A DNA stretch of 63,565 nt, counting the filler, from Choristocarpus tenellus KU-1152 (Eukaryota > Protista > Phaeophyceae), in assembly GCA_964200185.2 (NCBI GenBank). It is 12 parts of 12 records of this genome, joined end to end, with 100 filler letters (N's around TTAATTAATTAA, not from the genome) between each part and the next. Parts side by side here need not be neighbours in the genome. Positions count along the whole stretch, not along the records: positions 11,810 to 14,471 come from CAXNAD020025861.1; positions 14,572 to 18,514 come from CAXNAD020017016.1; positions 18,615 to 22,830 come from CAXNAD020015643.1; positions 22,931 to 26,457 come from CAXNAD020019448.1; 8 more parts are not named here. One strand, 5' to 3'. The notes below the pieces were generated by a model. The model made no database searches and was not told where the DNA came from. It saw only the letters and a list, made by a program, of their open reading frames with translations. Numbering within the stretch: the stretch's first letter is position 1; every line of letters begins with the position of its first letter. Positions 12,507 through 24,942 of the stretch are shown piece by piece. The position numbers and the translations under genes were made by a program.

Positions 12507-12832
12507 GAAAGGGAGGTGCAGGGGGTGCGGAAGCCCTCGAAGCGGGTCAATCTAATGGTGGAGCAGGGGCTAGGGGTGGGGCTGGGGAGGGTCTTGATAG
12601 CAGTGTGGTGGGAAAGGATGGGACTGGGGGTGGGGGTGGGGAAGGGGGGGCAGGGAACACTAGAGGGGATGGTGATTGTGATGACAATGGGGGAACAGTA
12701 GGAGCTGCCGGGAACGGGCTTGCTCCTGGGGATAGTGGGAGTGACTCACGAAAGCTGGAGAAGGCACTTGACGACTTGCAACGTGCCATGGGCGGTACTG
12801 CTGGGGGTGATATTGGGAGTGGGGGGGTGCAG
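12507..12832 (+). CDS. Gly-rich internal exon of an unknown gene (a probable preceding exon ends at ~11949)
   Basis: Open frame GAGGAEALEAGQ...SRKLEKALDDLQRAMGG...GVQ ending at CAG|GTGAGA, with a polypyrimidine tract upstream. Confidence 0.45.
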
Positions 12833-13116
12833 GTGAGAGGAGGAATGAAGGGATTGTAGTTTTTGTCATGAAACTGGTAAAGGCAGCTGGTTCATATGGT
12901 TGTATGTTTTTTTTGTTTGTGTCAGGTTTTGGGTGTGTGTGCGGGGTTGATGGGTGATTCAAGGGTCTTGAGGAGAGCAGCAAGGGCGTTTTTTGTGTTG
13001 CAGTGAAACCCACGCACGGCACATGGAGGGGTCATGAGCGCTGTGAGAGATTTTTTTTGTTTTTTTTCTAAGGCGAATCTGACGCCAAGAGTAGATAGAG
13101 AGGCCTTCCTTCCACA

Positions 13117-13176
13117 TAGGGTTAGGGTTAGGGTTATGGTTAGGGTTAGGGTTAGGGTTTAGTTTTCTAACCCTAA
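13117..13176. repeat. Interstitial (TTAGGG)n tract with a short inverted CCCTAA arm
   Basis: TAGGGTTAGGGTTAGGGTTATGGTTAGGG...CTAACCCTAA read directly. Confidence 0.9.
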
Positions 13177-14054
13177 GGTACCTCATAAGGCCTGTAGGTA
13201 GTGTGGCCTTACCCTTGCTTACTGGAAGGAAAGTGCTATAATTTTTTTTCATGGTATCGATGTTGGAGGTGTATTTGTGGCAGTGCACACACACATGAAG
13301 TTATTTAGTTTGACATTTGTGCCCTTGAAATGTTTATTGGAGACAAAACAAAATAATGATTTTTGCTCTCTCCCTTTCTCTCGGTCTTCACCGTAGCTTT
13401 TTTGAGTATGACCAGGGTCATTTTTGGAGGCAAGAGATTGCCAAGAAGTTTTTTGTTTATGTTATGCTCCTCTTAAAGATCCTTGGAATGAGAATCTCGT
13501 TCAGCCTTGGGGCCAGTGAGAGTTGTCTCATCATCATCATCACTATTATTATAATCATTGCGGCTGGGTTGGAGTGTGATGGTGTGGGAAGCCCTGTTAT
13601 AACTCTCTCGTTTTTTTTTTTTTTTTTTTTTGATCGTTTGTTGACGTGGCCGCTACTCCGCTCTTGCTTTTGTGCCTTGTTATTATTTTATCATACAATG
13701 AACAGATATAAAAAAAATACCACTGTTATTACTTATTTTCTTTTGGTGGTTTACAAGGTAGAAAACAGTGGATACAATATTTTTGAACATTTTTTATGAA
13801 GTCTGCATACTATAGATACGTATTGTTCATTTAGTAAATGTGTGCTTTTGTTGGGAAAAAGTGAAATATTTAACTGGGCTTTATTTTTTTTTACAAGAAA
13901 CTGGGTAACTTTGTTGAACGTCGATAGGATTTATTTTATGGTAGCTTCCGGCCCTTGACTTTTTTTTTTTTGAGGTTGTGGTAATTTTTTCGTGCAAGAG
14001 TATTTGGCGCAGTTTGTAAAAAACTAAAACCATGATAGCTAAAACGAGCGCAAT

Positions 14055-14283
14055 AGCTTTAATTAGTGCAATGCCAGGACAAGTAGCAAATGAGTGAGAA
14101 AAAACTTTCATTTTGAGGATTTTTTTTTTAGCACAAAAGCTTTAATTAGTGCAATGCCAGGACAAGTAGCAAATGAATGAGAAAAAACCTTCATTTTGAG
14201 GAATTTTTTTTTTAGCACAAAAGCTTTAATTAGTGCAATGCCAGGACAAGTAGCAAATGAATGAGAAAAAAATTCATTTTGAG
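14055..14283. repeat. Tandem repeat, 83-84 bp unit, about 2.7 copies
   Basis: AGCTTTAATTAGTGCAATGCCAGGACAAGTAGCAAATGA starts at 14055, 14138 and 14222. Confidence 0.9.
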
Positions 14284-14571
14284 AAAAAAGAAGTGAATAA
14301 CACACTATACCAAGAGCTAAAAGTAAGGTACCAAATAGTATTTGTCTATTAAACCTCATTACGATATGCAGGGTCAACGTCTTTGTCTCCCCCCCCCCCC
14401 CCCCCCTTCTTTTGGTTCCCTTTTTCCTGCTTTTTTTGTTTCTCTGCTCTGTTTGTTTTTATGGGTTCCCCNNNNNNNNNNNNNNNNNNNNNNNNNNNNN
14501 NNNNNNNNNNNNNNNTTAATTAATTAANNNNNNNNNNNNNNNNNNNNNNNNNNNNNNNNNNNNNNNNNNNN

Positions 14572-14741
14572 ATCTGGGGGAGAGGGGGTCTACACCAGGG
14601 TGTCCATCTGGGCCAAAACCATGAAAAGTGCACTTACATTATCCATCCGACGCATGCAACCAAATCACCCAATAATTGCAACAGGAAAATGGGCCCCAAA
14701 TGGACAGCTGCCACTTCCCACCCCCCCAGTTACTTTGAACC
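14572..14741 (+). mobile_element. MITE family B (left terminus lost in the gap)
   Basis: G-run, TCTACACCAGGGTGTCCAT...GGCCCCAAATGGACAGCTGCC, C-run, AGTTACTTTGAACC. Confidence 0.85.
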
Positions 14742-16383
14742 TATGTACCTCTCATAAGAAAAGAAATAATAAAGAATTGAAGGTCATGAGGGCTAGAAAC
14801 TGCTTTGCACTGTGCTGCACATTGTTTCCTAGCCACAGTTGAGATTCAATACCTCATTGTGTCCAAGCGGCAGGGTTGTTTATCAGTTGTCTTATGTCGT
14901 GTTCAAGCAGCAGCTAAGGTAGTCCAAGCAGATTAGTGCACATGAACCCTCGCCACTGTCTGGTGAGCACTACTTTTCTTATTTTCTCTTTTTGGATTGA
15001 TTATTCTTGCATCCCTCTTTCCTTTCCTTCCTTTTTTTTTCTTGCACTTGGTAGTGTTAGGGTTGGATGTACCTGTGTGAACCTGAACTTCTTTTCTGTC
15101 CCCCAATTTTACCATAGGATGTGGCCATGTTTGATTAAACTACAGAAATCCTATCCCATTTATTGGGTGATAGATAGAGCATACCACCTCTGGGTTGCAC
15201 TTTGTTAACCTTAGTAGATATGCTGAGTTCCTTTCTCTTCCTCTTTTTTCTTTCCTTCTTTCACTATGTTCCTCTAGGAATTTTCTTCAATAGTCTCCAT
15301 ATCTTATAAGGCAGTGTGTAATGTGGTTCTTCCAGCTAGAGTTCGGCAAGAGTGTGACCCCTCTGGAAAATCACCCTAATGAAAAGAACAGTAATACTGA
15401 TATCTTCTCCCTGTTTGTATAGTCGATTCAACCAAACCTCTCACATGCTTCCGCCCAGAGTTCCCATTTCTCCACAAAATCAAAACTATGAAACAATACA
15501 CAACAAGATTGATGTATGCATTGGGCATCAAAATTGACATTATATTTTACTGAATGCACTTGCACTCCTTACAAAATATCAGGTCTGTGTGTCAACTGCT
15601 TGCAAATACACACCAAATGATTATTATCATGCCTGTGAGTGCTTGGACAGGTTCAACACAAGTACAAACGAAACTCGTTGCTTAGAGTGGACTTGTCAAG
15701 AGGTGAGAAGGTGTGTGGTGTGCGGTTGATTGCTGACATAAGTGTATGCACGAGTCTCCAAATGATAAGCAATATCTATATATCAACTTTCAAGCACCTA
15801 CAACATGCTCATCGCCCCTAAAGGGTTGTGCTTTGGATTCTCAGGTTGAACAGCTCTCGCATATTAACAATTTGGACACAGAGCATTTCACTGGCAGTCT
15901 CACTCACCTAAACATCTAACGGATGCTGGCACCATTGGGTTTATGGTGTAAGGAGGCAATGGACCATCAGCTCTGAATTTGTTTGACTCCTGGTCCTAAG
16001 CTACACGGAGCATTGTCAAAATGGACTACCTCAGTGAACGATGTGCTTGATCAGTATATTTTGTCCATTCCAGAGAAGGGTCATTTCCCATAGAATGTAG
16101 ATTTCATCCAACTCAAAACTCTATATAATGTCTAGGATGTAACTCTCTTCAAATACTACATATTACATACGACACAATCTCCAATATAGCAGACGTAAGA
16201 GTATGTTCTTGGTCAGTAGTGTTAGCATCATTGTAATCAATTTTCTTTCCTGCATTTTTGAATCTTGAGTCCCTGTGCCATGTTCTGACTTAATGGCAAG
16301 CAGTACTGGCTGTGATGGTGTCAAACTACACTCTGATTTTTACATGTGATTGTCACATGCCACTCATCCACAATCACACTCAG

Positions 16384-17507
16384 GGGCTGGATATAGCTGT
16401 TCTGTTAGGGAATTCAATTGGAGCATCGACCATAAGCACAGAATCCATTTGCACCCAGGTAAGTAGATATTTTCTTAGAGACAACCATTCCTCTTTATTC
16501 TGCATATGCAAGGGATCTCTTTAAATATATATATATATATATATATATTGTCACATCCTGGACTTTCCGACACCTTGTTGCTTGTTGCTCCAACAGCTAC
16601 GCCTGATTGCCTCTATGTTGTACACACACCAGTTGAGGATCAATGACTAGCTGGTATATGTTCTCAGACATTCACAATAGGTTCACGAGACTCTCCAAAT
16701 ATTGGACACTTGATTAGCAGTTTGAGTCAAGCAAAACAGTTGTACAGCTACCTGCACCCTCCACTGGTCGTCCCTTTTGACTTGGCACAAATATTGTTGC
16801 CTCCACATTGCTTGTAATCCAGAACTTTTTTATTTTATCTCTTTGTGCATTGATGAGAAAAAAGTAAATATCAGCAAGGTGGTTTCCATAATTCGTTCAA
16901 AGGCTCGGCACTGGGGAGGCACGAACTGTAGAAAGGTCATCGATGACTTCGCATGGGACTCTTCTTCACACCACATTCAGTGGAAGCAGACAGTAACATT
17001 AAACAGCTGCACATTATGGCAATGTAGCCGTTGTACCCAACATAGTGCTTGTAGGCCCTACTCACACATGATGTACACTATGCATGACTCTGACGTCCAT
17101 AACAGTGTGCTGTATCGATGTTCAGAGTTTTTTTTTTCCTTGGCTAAAACATATTATTTTTTCCAGGAGCCTAAAATATTCTTTTTTCTAGCGCTCGTTC
17201 TTTTTTTCTGACCTTGTGACGGACAAAGGACCCAACGGTACCAATTTCTTGGGCAAGGGGAACACATTTCTCACCATCTTTCAGCTTGAATCTCCCCTGG
17301 TGTAACTGCTTCCGTTCACGATCTTGACCAATCTATTTGTGTGGCTTGGCTGTACAGTTTACTGATGATGAAGGGGAGTGTGATTTTTGGGGTGGTACAG
17401 GATCGTGGAGTGGAGGTGTGACAGAAAGGTTGTGTGAGTGTGGATCGAACCTCATCTTCACCTCTGACAACGATAATGTGACCACAGAGAGTGCCAGTAA
17501 CTGCTCG
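16384..17507 (+). CDS. Two putative exons (16384-16458, 17358-17507) of an unknown Cys-containing protein
   Basis: Both have AG/GTAAG boundaries and phase 0: GLDIAVLLGNSIGASTISTESICTQ + FTDDEGECDFWGGTG...ASNCS. Confidence 0.35.
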
Positions 17508-18614
17508 GTAAGAGAGGGACATTTCCTTGAGAAAAATGACTTTAGATCATTAGTATGCCAGTGTGCGAGGTCGAAAATTTATTCTAGATCGAGACTGATT
17601 CCAATCACGTAAAACCAGAAAATTAGAAAAATATTTTTGGACTGTTTTGAATGTCGCACAATATCTCGGATTGAAACCATATTTTTTCTCAAAACACAAT
17701 GTAATCTGCACATGTAGCCTATGGTACAAGAGTGTAATTGTTTAGGTAGAGAAGCGGACCAAATGCTCATGTTTTCTCCTTTGCTGCTGTCGAAATATTT
17801 CTTCATGGACTTTCTGTTCCTTGCAACACAAAAGCATATTTGATATACATCTAGTCTCATATCACTTCAGTGGAGTTTTCACTTCAACATTATCACTGCT
17901 TGGGAACATATGTTTGTTTGCAAATCGCCGTCTATCCTGGGATCTCGTCTCACCTTCAAATCATAACCCTCCACAAATGCCTGTTTCAATCGAAAAAAAC
18001 AGGAATGGAGATGTACGCATTACTTCATGGATCATTGCAAGGTACAACTGTCAAGGTCTCTTCTTCTTTTTTTCCATTAAATGTATTTTTTGTATTTTTT
18101 TACCTAACTACTTTTTTTTAATCTTTATTGCGTGAGGATAAACCCTTAATATATATACTACTACTACTACTAGTAATAATGCAAAATATCAGAGGGCATA
18201 ATAATATATATACTTCATACATCACATATCTAACACATAACTTTTGATTAGTTGAAGGATTCATAAACCTACTACGTCCTCAATCTTCTTCGAATTTATT
18301 TTTTCTTTATTGTGCTATTTCTTATTCTTCGAATTTCAAAAGTATGTATCATCCTCTTCTCTGATGAGAAACAGGATTCAGGGGACAGATACATTTCCTC
18401 TACTCTTCTCTGACTGTGAAGAAATAGTACCTTTTTTCGGGGGGGGGGAGGCGGGGGGGTGCTGGTAGCAGGAGAGTTGCGGTGGGGGGATGCGGCGCTG
18501 GGGGGGCTGGGGGGNNNNNNNNNNNNNNNNNNNNNNNNNNNNNNNNNNNNNNNNNNNNTTAATTAATTAANNNNNNNNNNNNNNNNNNNNNNNNNNNNNN
18601 NNNNNNNNNNNNNN

Positions 18615-19751
18615 TATGACCTGCAAGATGATTCCAACCCCCCGCTCAGCATGATCACAGGGTGAGATCGAGGTCCATCCAACAGTGTTAACACGATTTG
18701 GGGTAGATCTTCCACATGTTTTGAGCTTCGTGTTTTCAAATATTTTTAATAAGTTTCGCTACCCCTTGACCTACTGCGTGCTGTCAATGATCATTCAGGA
18801 TTTCAATGAGAAAGACACAGGACCTCTTTCGCAAGGAAGATTTTTCAACACCCTTTGCAAGGTTAACCTTTGTAGGTTCTTCCCTTTCCTCACGATGGGC
18901 ACCATCAGGTGAGATATCGTTTGAAGCTTCATCAAGCTGTTCGAAGACCCAGGTAGCATGAAGAAAGAAAGTCATAATTTCCGTGCATGTGTTGTACCTT
19001 ATCCTGTACATCCCTCTAACCCTTGATCCATATTCAATTCCACGGTGGAAGGATTGCCACGCAGAGGACTTTAGTGCATAAGCTCGAAACCCCCGGATTC
19101 CATCAACTTTGCAGTTGGAGCCGAAGTGGAGGCCGAAGAACGTACAATCGGAATGAATATGAACGAGGGTTTGAAGAGGATAAGGTTCAACTTCGCTCGC
19201 ACCTTTGCACAGAATCGACTCAGGGTGGTGCTTAATCCTCTGGTCACCTATGGGCGTCAGCGACATGACAAGATAGACTTTCGGGCTTGGGTACCTCGAT
19301 ACAGTCCCCTCGTGTCAGAGGAAGGAATGCCAAGGTATGACACCTGGGCCTTGTATGGACTGCTCTACTAGTATCGGTGCGGGATCACGCCGCCGCATGA
19401 TGTGCTACTCTTCAATTGAAAAACAGGTTTTCGTTGATACTGAACCACGCAATCTTTGAATCTGAAGATAATGAGCTGCTTGGTCATGCCCATTACCCCC
19501 CTTCCCCCGCAGTATGTCACTGGAGCAGCGCAGCTTGGTCTGGGATTGGACACAGGGCTTGCCAAGACAGTCTCCACTACATGGACTTGGGATTTCCCTC
19601 CGACTGAGAACCGGTTCGAGGGGCTGGCTAAGTGCTAGCCTTTTAGATGCAAGGGTTCCCACTCGACTCTGGACACTTAGGGCAGATGTACCGCTAGTTG
19701 AGCCCTCAGATGTGAGGTTTTCTATGGAGCGAATGTGGCAAGTCAGAACAG
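18615..19751 (+). CDS. Multi-exon hypothetical protein, 5'-truncated (exons 18615-18661, 18799-18908, 19115-19334, 19513-19751)
   Basis: Four GT-AG exons splice in one continuous frame of about 205 aa. A terminal exon may lie near 20640-20715. Confidence 0.65.
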
Positions 19752-21577
19752 GTTAGGGTAGAATTTTATACTCTCTATGTCCATATCTCTTGTGTTGCGT
19801 AGTATCTGTTTGTGGTTAGGTACATGCAGTTCAGTTGGAGCTTTGCTATTGTTGCAATCTCTGACTCTCGGGGTGGTTTTCTTTCTACCCTGGCATGACA
19901 CAGATTGAAGTGGCCAAAGCAAATGTTGTGTTTTAGATGCCTAATTGAGTTCTGCCCATTTGATACGTGCAAGAGCAAAACATGTGCGGATGATGTAGCC
20001 ACGATGAGTTTCGTAACAAGCTGAGCCCCTCCTTGATACTATTGTGTCAATAGTATCAATTTTGTTTTTTCCACCTCTTTGATGTTGTGTCCCCTCTTTT
20101 TCATGTTCAAGTAATTGTACGTCAGAATCTTAGCTCTAGGTTCAAAATATGTGCGCCATGTTACTTGTGAAGTAGTTGTACTTCAATAAAAATGTTAAGC
20201 ACATGCAATCACATTATGGAATATAGTTCCGTTGATCTGAAGAGGGCATTTTTAATGAAGTGACCTATTCATACACCAATCAGATAGTCTCTGTGACACT
20301 CTTTGCCAATGAGATATGTTCATCCCACAGCCTTCCCTACCCCTCAATCTTTGGAGCACTCAAGCTAAATCTTTTGCTTGCAGTATACGATACTTTGAAA
20401 TGTGTAGTGGTACTTGATATGACATGCGCTATATATTATTTTTCCTTGAAGTGGTCTATTTTCACTGTGAACGAAGTCAGTCAAGCATCTGGGAAAGGAA
20501 GGGGGTGGGCTCCTAGCAGATGGGGGGTTCAGTACACCGTCCAATGTTTTTAGAGTCTGTTCCATTTGATGGACAAAATATTTTTGAAGAAGATACTTCC
20601 CTTCCCAAAACAGAGAGCCAAATTTTGAAATTGCAGAGCAGACTCTGATGATCCTAGGTTGGCCAAGATGTTTAAAATTCACATTCCCCAACTCCCCATC
20701 AAAATCAAGGACTGAAGAGTTGTCACCGGGGCTGTAAACTGGGATGCTGGGGAGGATACTTTCTTGAGAAATACTGAAGTATCATGTAAGAGCTCAAGAA
20801 AACAAAATTTGGATGATCGTGAAGTCAACCATTGACTATCTACAGATGTGCATGAATACCCCCTATGCTCCCTTGTTATTGTGTTTTTGTGGAGATGGTT
20901 TGCAGCACTACAACTAGGTTTTGTGTTCATAAGAATTCTGTAAAATTGGATATTCAACGTAGTATTACTGTATTGTATTACTGTTGACCATTTTACTTAG
21001 TGCTCTTTGTTATTTTGGGTGTCTTGTGGTATGTCTAGTACTTGGTATGCTTTGCAATAGAATACACTTACTTAGCATGGCATACTGGTGATAACTCCAT
21101 ACTACAGAACCCATCCTAATCTAGGTACAAACAAAGCATCTGGCTGGAGCATGCACAAACTCTGCACCTACTAACCCTAACCATAAGTTATTCATACAAA
21201 GGTATTAGTTGCTGTATTCTACATGCGGGCTAATACTTGCAGATGTTTATTTACATGTACCTTGGTTATGACTGGCTTTGTAGTGGATCTTAAAAGGGTG
21301 ATGTGGAGAGAAAGCATGGAGCATTCCTGTTGAGACAGGGAGATGGAAGATAGGTCACACTTCGTCAACTCGATTTAGGGCCCAGAGAGGGCAGGTGGTG
21401 AGATATTGATATATCCAAACGGGAGGGTTTGGATTATTGCAGAGCAGATGCAACCACATACACGAGGTTTGAAAAAGATTTTGGTAGGGCTGGCTGCATC
21501 TCTACAACATGATCCTAGTGATATTTCTCCTGGGATGTGAAAAATATGCTTGCAGCAGAAATTCAACTCAGACTACA

Positions 21578-21834
21578 AAGTGAAAGTATCTTAGAGGGTA
21601 GAGTCGCGTTCATTTAATCCCAAAATTCAATGTTGCGATTTTGATGTAATTTTGGCTATCGTGTTTATTAGGAAGTGTCAATATCCTTGTTCCGGACACA
21701 CCTTTTCATGATGTATACATTTTACCTACTCCGAAACATTTTGGGGTAGGAAAATGTCATAAAATCCCTGAGGGAAGTCAAGCCCCAAATGGACAAACAG
21801 GGCAAAACTCGTACCCTCTAAGATACTTTCACTC
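21578..21834 (-). mobile_element. MITE family A, complete, reverse orientation
   Basis: TIRs (A)AGTGAAAGTATCTTAGAGGGTA and TACCCTCTAAGATACTTTCACTC. TSD TACA/TAAA with one mismatch. Confidence 0.9.
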
Positions 21835-22759
21835 TAAACTCACAGAGCATCCCAGTAGACCGAGGGATTCATGAACTGGTGGCATAGGTCCCCATTCGGG
21901 GCTGGCAGGTTTGTGCTCAATAATTATAGCCAATGACTAGACCTAAACACACAGGGGTGTTTTATGATGAGAAGTTGATTTTCCAAACTAAGAACTCAAG
22001 GATATGGTGTCCACACATGCTCCATGTTACATGTTGACTCTTTTTATAGGCCAGACAAGGAGAACATAGTCCTTACCTCAACCTCAATGTGCACCAGCAC
22101 TGATGCCAAATGCTGCTTCCTCGTTGCCTTTTTGGATTAGTTGTTCTTGCACTCTCATTTTCCTTCCTTTTGTTTCCTTTGTTCAACATGTGATGGGTGG
22201 GGTTTTCGGATTGGACGGACCTGATGTGACTCAAAATTGTTAGGTTGTTAGAGGTCTAGTGCATCATGCCCAGATTCCCTTTGTTATCCTGGTAGACTGA
22301 GTCCTCTTTCTTTTTCCTTTATATTTTTCGCTTTTCTTTATCATTCTGTAACTGTTTTTTTTAATATTTGATTATTCTCTAGTACTTAAATCTCTCAAGC
22401 AGTGTGCATTGCCTTCTTTTGACTCCCTTTTGATCACAAGTCTGGGACCCCTCTCAGACTTACTCGAATAATAATATAGCAATAGCAGGAACAGCAATAG
22501 GACTGGTAATTGCTTTATGTAGCCTACTTGCTGGCTGGTTTACCAAGTAGATCAACTAGCACGATTACGTTCATCATATTCTCTAAACATGACTGGATGG
22601 CTACATCATTGTGCGCTATTGACATATGATACACATAGAAGAACTCTCTTTGAAGAACACAGCATCATGGCAATGTCCAGGGTAGGAGTTCATTGTGCTT
22701 TGAAGAAGTTGAAGCACACACAGACATGCTCCACTGAATACAATAGTGGCCATTCATGA

Positions 22760-22830
22760 GGGCCAAAGTATCTGGGCGAGGGGGGGGGTCTACACCAGGT
22801 TGTCCATTTGGGTCAAAACCAGGAAAAGTG
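22760..22830 (+). mobile_element. MITE family B left end, truncated by the gap
   Basis: GGGCCAAAGTATCTGGG, G-run, TCTACACCAGGTTGTCCATTTGGG. Confidence 0.85.
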
Positions 22831-22932
22831 NNNNNNNNNNNNNNNNNNNNNNNNNNNNNNNNNNNNNNNNNNNNTTAATTAATTAANNNNNNNNNNNNNN
22901 NNNNNNNNNNNNNNNNNNNNNNNNNNNNNNAC

Positions 22933-24942
22933 AGTAAATATAGGAACCATCAATCCAAAGTATGTGGAGGAGCAGAAAGTGCAGGACAAATTGCAAGAGA
23001 GGTAGAAGCACGAGGAGACAGCGATCATGGTGACAGCACCAACATGACACTGATTGTTACCCCTGCTACCCTTGAGACCCTCATGGGATCCCCCCCCCTT
23101 AGTTGTTTTGCTATGCAGGCAGCTCGATATGGCTTCGCACAGCAGATTCCAAGAGTCACGTCCTTGAAGATGTCAGGGTGCGGTGAACATGAAAGGCAGA
23201 TAAAATATGCCAACGCTGACTGTTCTACAACACACAGCACGAGCACCTTCAGTGCACTACATAGGCACTCCTTGGCACCTTCAACTGATATGCCTTTCTC
23301 AACTTCCCAGAATCCAATAATAAATGGCAACAAACCGACTGTTCCAAGTGCAGAGCTAGAAGGCTTCACATCAGTGCTGGAGGACCTTGTATTACCTCGT
23401 ATGGTATTAAGGATGTGCTCCACAGCAGCATCGGGAAGAAGTGCTGATGGAGATGAGGAATCAAGGAGTCAAGAAGGCAACAGAGAAGATACAGGGAGCA
23501 CTGGCAGTGTTGGTAGAAGCAACGGACAAGATATTGAGCACATCTGTGGAAGCATGCACCTCGACCTGCAGGAGGAGCCCAAGGGTGCCGGAAATGTTGC
23601 ATACTCGCAGCTACCTCCACCACTCAGGCGGTTTTTAAGGGCCCCTGTTTTCCGTTGGGTTGCTAAGATAGATGGCCAGCGCTGTATACTATCTGCATCT
23701 CCCTCTGTCAGGGTCCAAACGAGTTTCAATGAAAGGGTTCCACCGAAAACAAATATACTGTCTTTGAAATGGTTATGTGGTACTGACTCCAATTGTTTGA
23801 AGAATGATGCCACTGCTGAAGAGAAGAGCACAGCAAGTGGCGGAGAGGGATCATCAGGAAGAGATAAAAAGTGGAATATGGCGCCCCCTTGGTCAAGACT
23901 AGGTAACCTTTTCACTCTCAAATCGAGATGTCCCATTCAGCTTGAACACAAGTCGTTCCTATTTCAGTCATCACTCTTCGAACTTCAGGGACTCAGGCTG
24001 GACCTTGGACTTAATTCAGCGGAGAGAAAAAATATCAGTGGGAAGGGACAACGAGTGGAGGAGAAGGAGTGTTGCATTGATCAATTCTCTGACTCGGAAG
24101 AAAATGAATTCATCCATGGGGAAACATCTAAAAAAAAAGAAGGGGGTGCCCAAGCGAGGGAGACCCCAGATCTGGAACAATGCCAGGCACTCATGACTGG
24201 TCAAGAGGTGGATATGATCAGTGGTGTAAGAAGAGGTTGCCAAAATCGACCTTGGAAGGAAGAAGAGGAGCAGGAAGAACGTGGCCTAGATGTAGAAAAC
24301 AATCCGACACAAATGTCAACAGTTGCTTCCATCTCTAATATTGGTCCTGCACGTTCTCGAACTATCCAAGCTACGTTCATGAGGTCACATAATATCCATG
24401 ATAAAAAGGGACAGAGGGAGAGTACTAAAGATAGTTTACACCACTACCATCGACATCGTACCATTGAGTTAGGGCTCAACCGTGACCTCTGGATGATGGC
24501 GGCAACCGGGTTTGTCTTTGATCGTCCATTGTGTGACAATTGTGGTCTCCTCACACCGATGGGACCAGGAGATTCATGGTTGCCTATCGCTCTTCGTCCA
24601 TTCTTTCTTCTGCAAGGACAACATAGCAGGAATGAAGACGAAAGGATACAAGAGCTTGACGTCAGAGGGTCAATTCTTCAAGACAGTATGAGCACAGGGC
24701 AAGAACTACCATGCCCGAGATTGTTTCATGATTATGTCCCGAGAAAGAAGTGTTCAAGTGTGAGGGAGGGAGAAAGTGGTGAAGCAAGGGTTAAGTGTGA
24801 AATGCATGGTAGATTTGCGGAATGGGTTTGCCACAGTGGTCGCCTGTTGTGCAGTCACTGTGTCCATGTATTGAGTCCAGAAACTCCAGCAGTTAGAGTA
24901 GATAGCAGAAAGGGCTTGAGTATGTTCACTAAGGCATACTAA
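22933..24942 (+). CDS. Large terminal exon (>=669 codons) of an unknown protein with a C-terminal degenerate B-box-like Zn finger
   Basis: The frame stays open upstream of ATG 23044 to the contig edge. Mostly low-complexity. C-terminus has CDNC and CEMH-x7-C-x6-CSHC-x-H. Confidence 0.7.
   Translation, partial: SKYRNHQSKVCGGAESAGQIAREVEARGDSDHGDSTNMTLIVTPATLETLMGSPPLSCFAMQAARYGFAQQIPRVTSLKMSGCGEHERQIKYANADCSTTHSTSTFSALHRHSLAPSTDMPFSTSQNPIINGNKPTVPSAELEGFTSVLEDLVLPRMVLRMCSTAASGRSADGDEESRSQEGNREDTGSTGSVGRSNGQDIEHICGSMHLDLQEEPKGAGNVAYSQLPPPLRRFLRAPVFRWVAKIDGQRCILSASPSVRVQTSFNERVPPKTNILSLKWLCGTDSNCLKNDATAEEKSTASGGEGSSGRDKKWNMAPPWSRLGNLFTLKSRCPIQLEHKSFLFQSSLFELQGLRLDLGLNSAERKNISGKGQRVEEKECCIDQFSDSEENEFIHGETSKKKEGGAQARETPDLEQCQALMTGQEVDMISGVRRGCQNRPWKEEEEQEERGLDVENNPTQMSTVASISNIGPARSRTIQATFMRSHNIHDKKGQRESTKDSLHHYHRHRTIELGLNRDLWMMAATGFVFDRPLCDNCGLLTPMGPGDSWLPIALRPFFLLQGQHSRNEDERIQELDVRGSILQDSMSTGQELPCPRLFHDYVPRKKCSSVREGESGEARVKCEMHGRFAEWVCHSGRLLCSHCVHVLSPETPAVRVDSRKGLSMFTKAY

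Noticed and set aside
14055-14283. CRISPR-like array
   Set aside because: The intervening segments are near-identical, so it is a tandem repeat. No cas genes, and the context is eukaryotic.
18784-19266. 160-aa minus-strand ORF
   Set aside because: Antisense to the frame-consistent plus-strand multi-exon gene.
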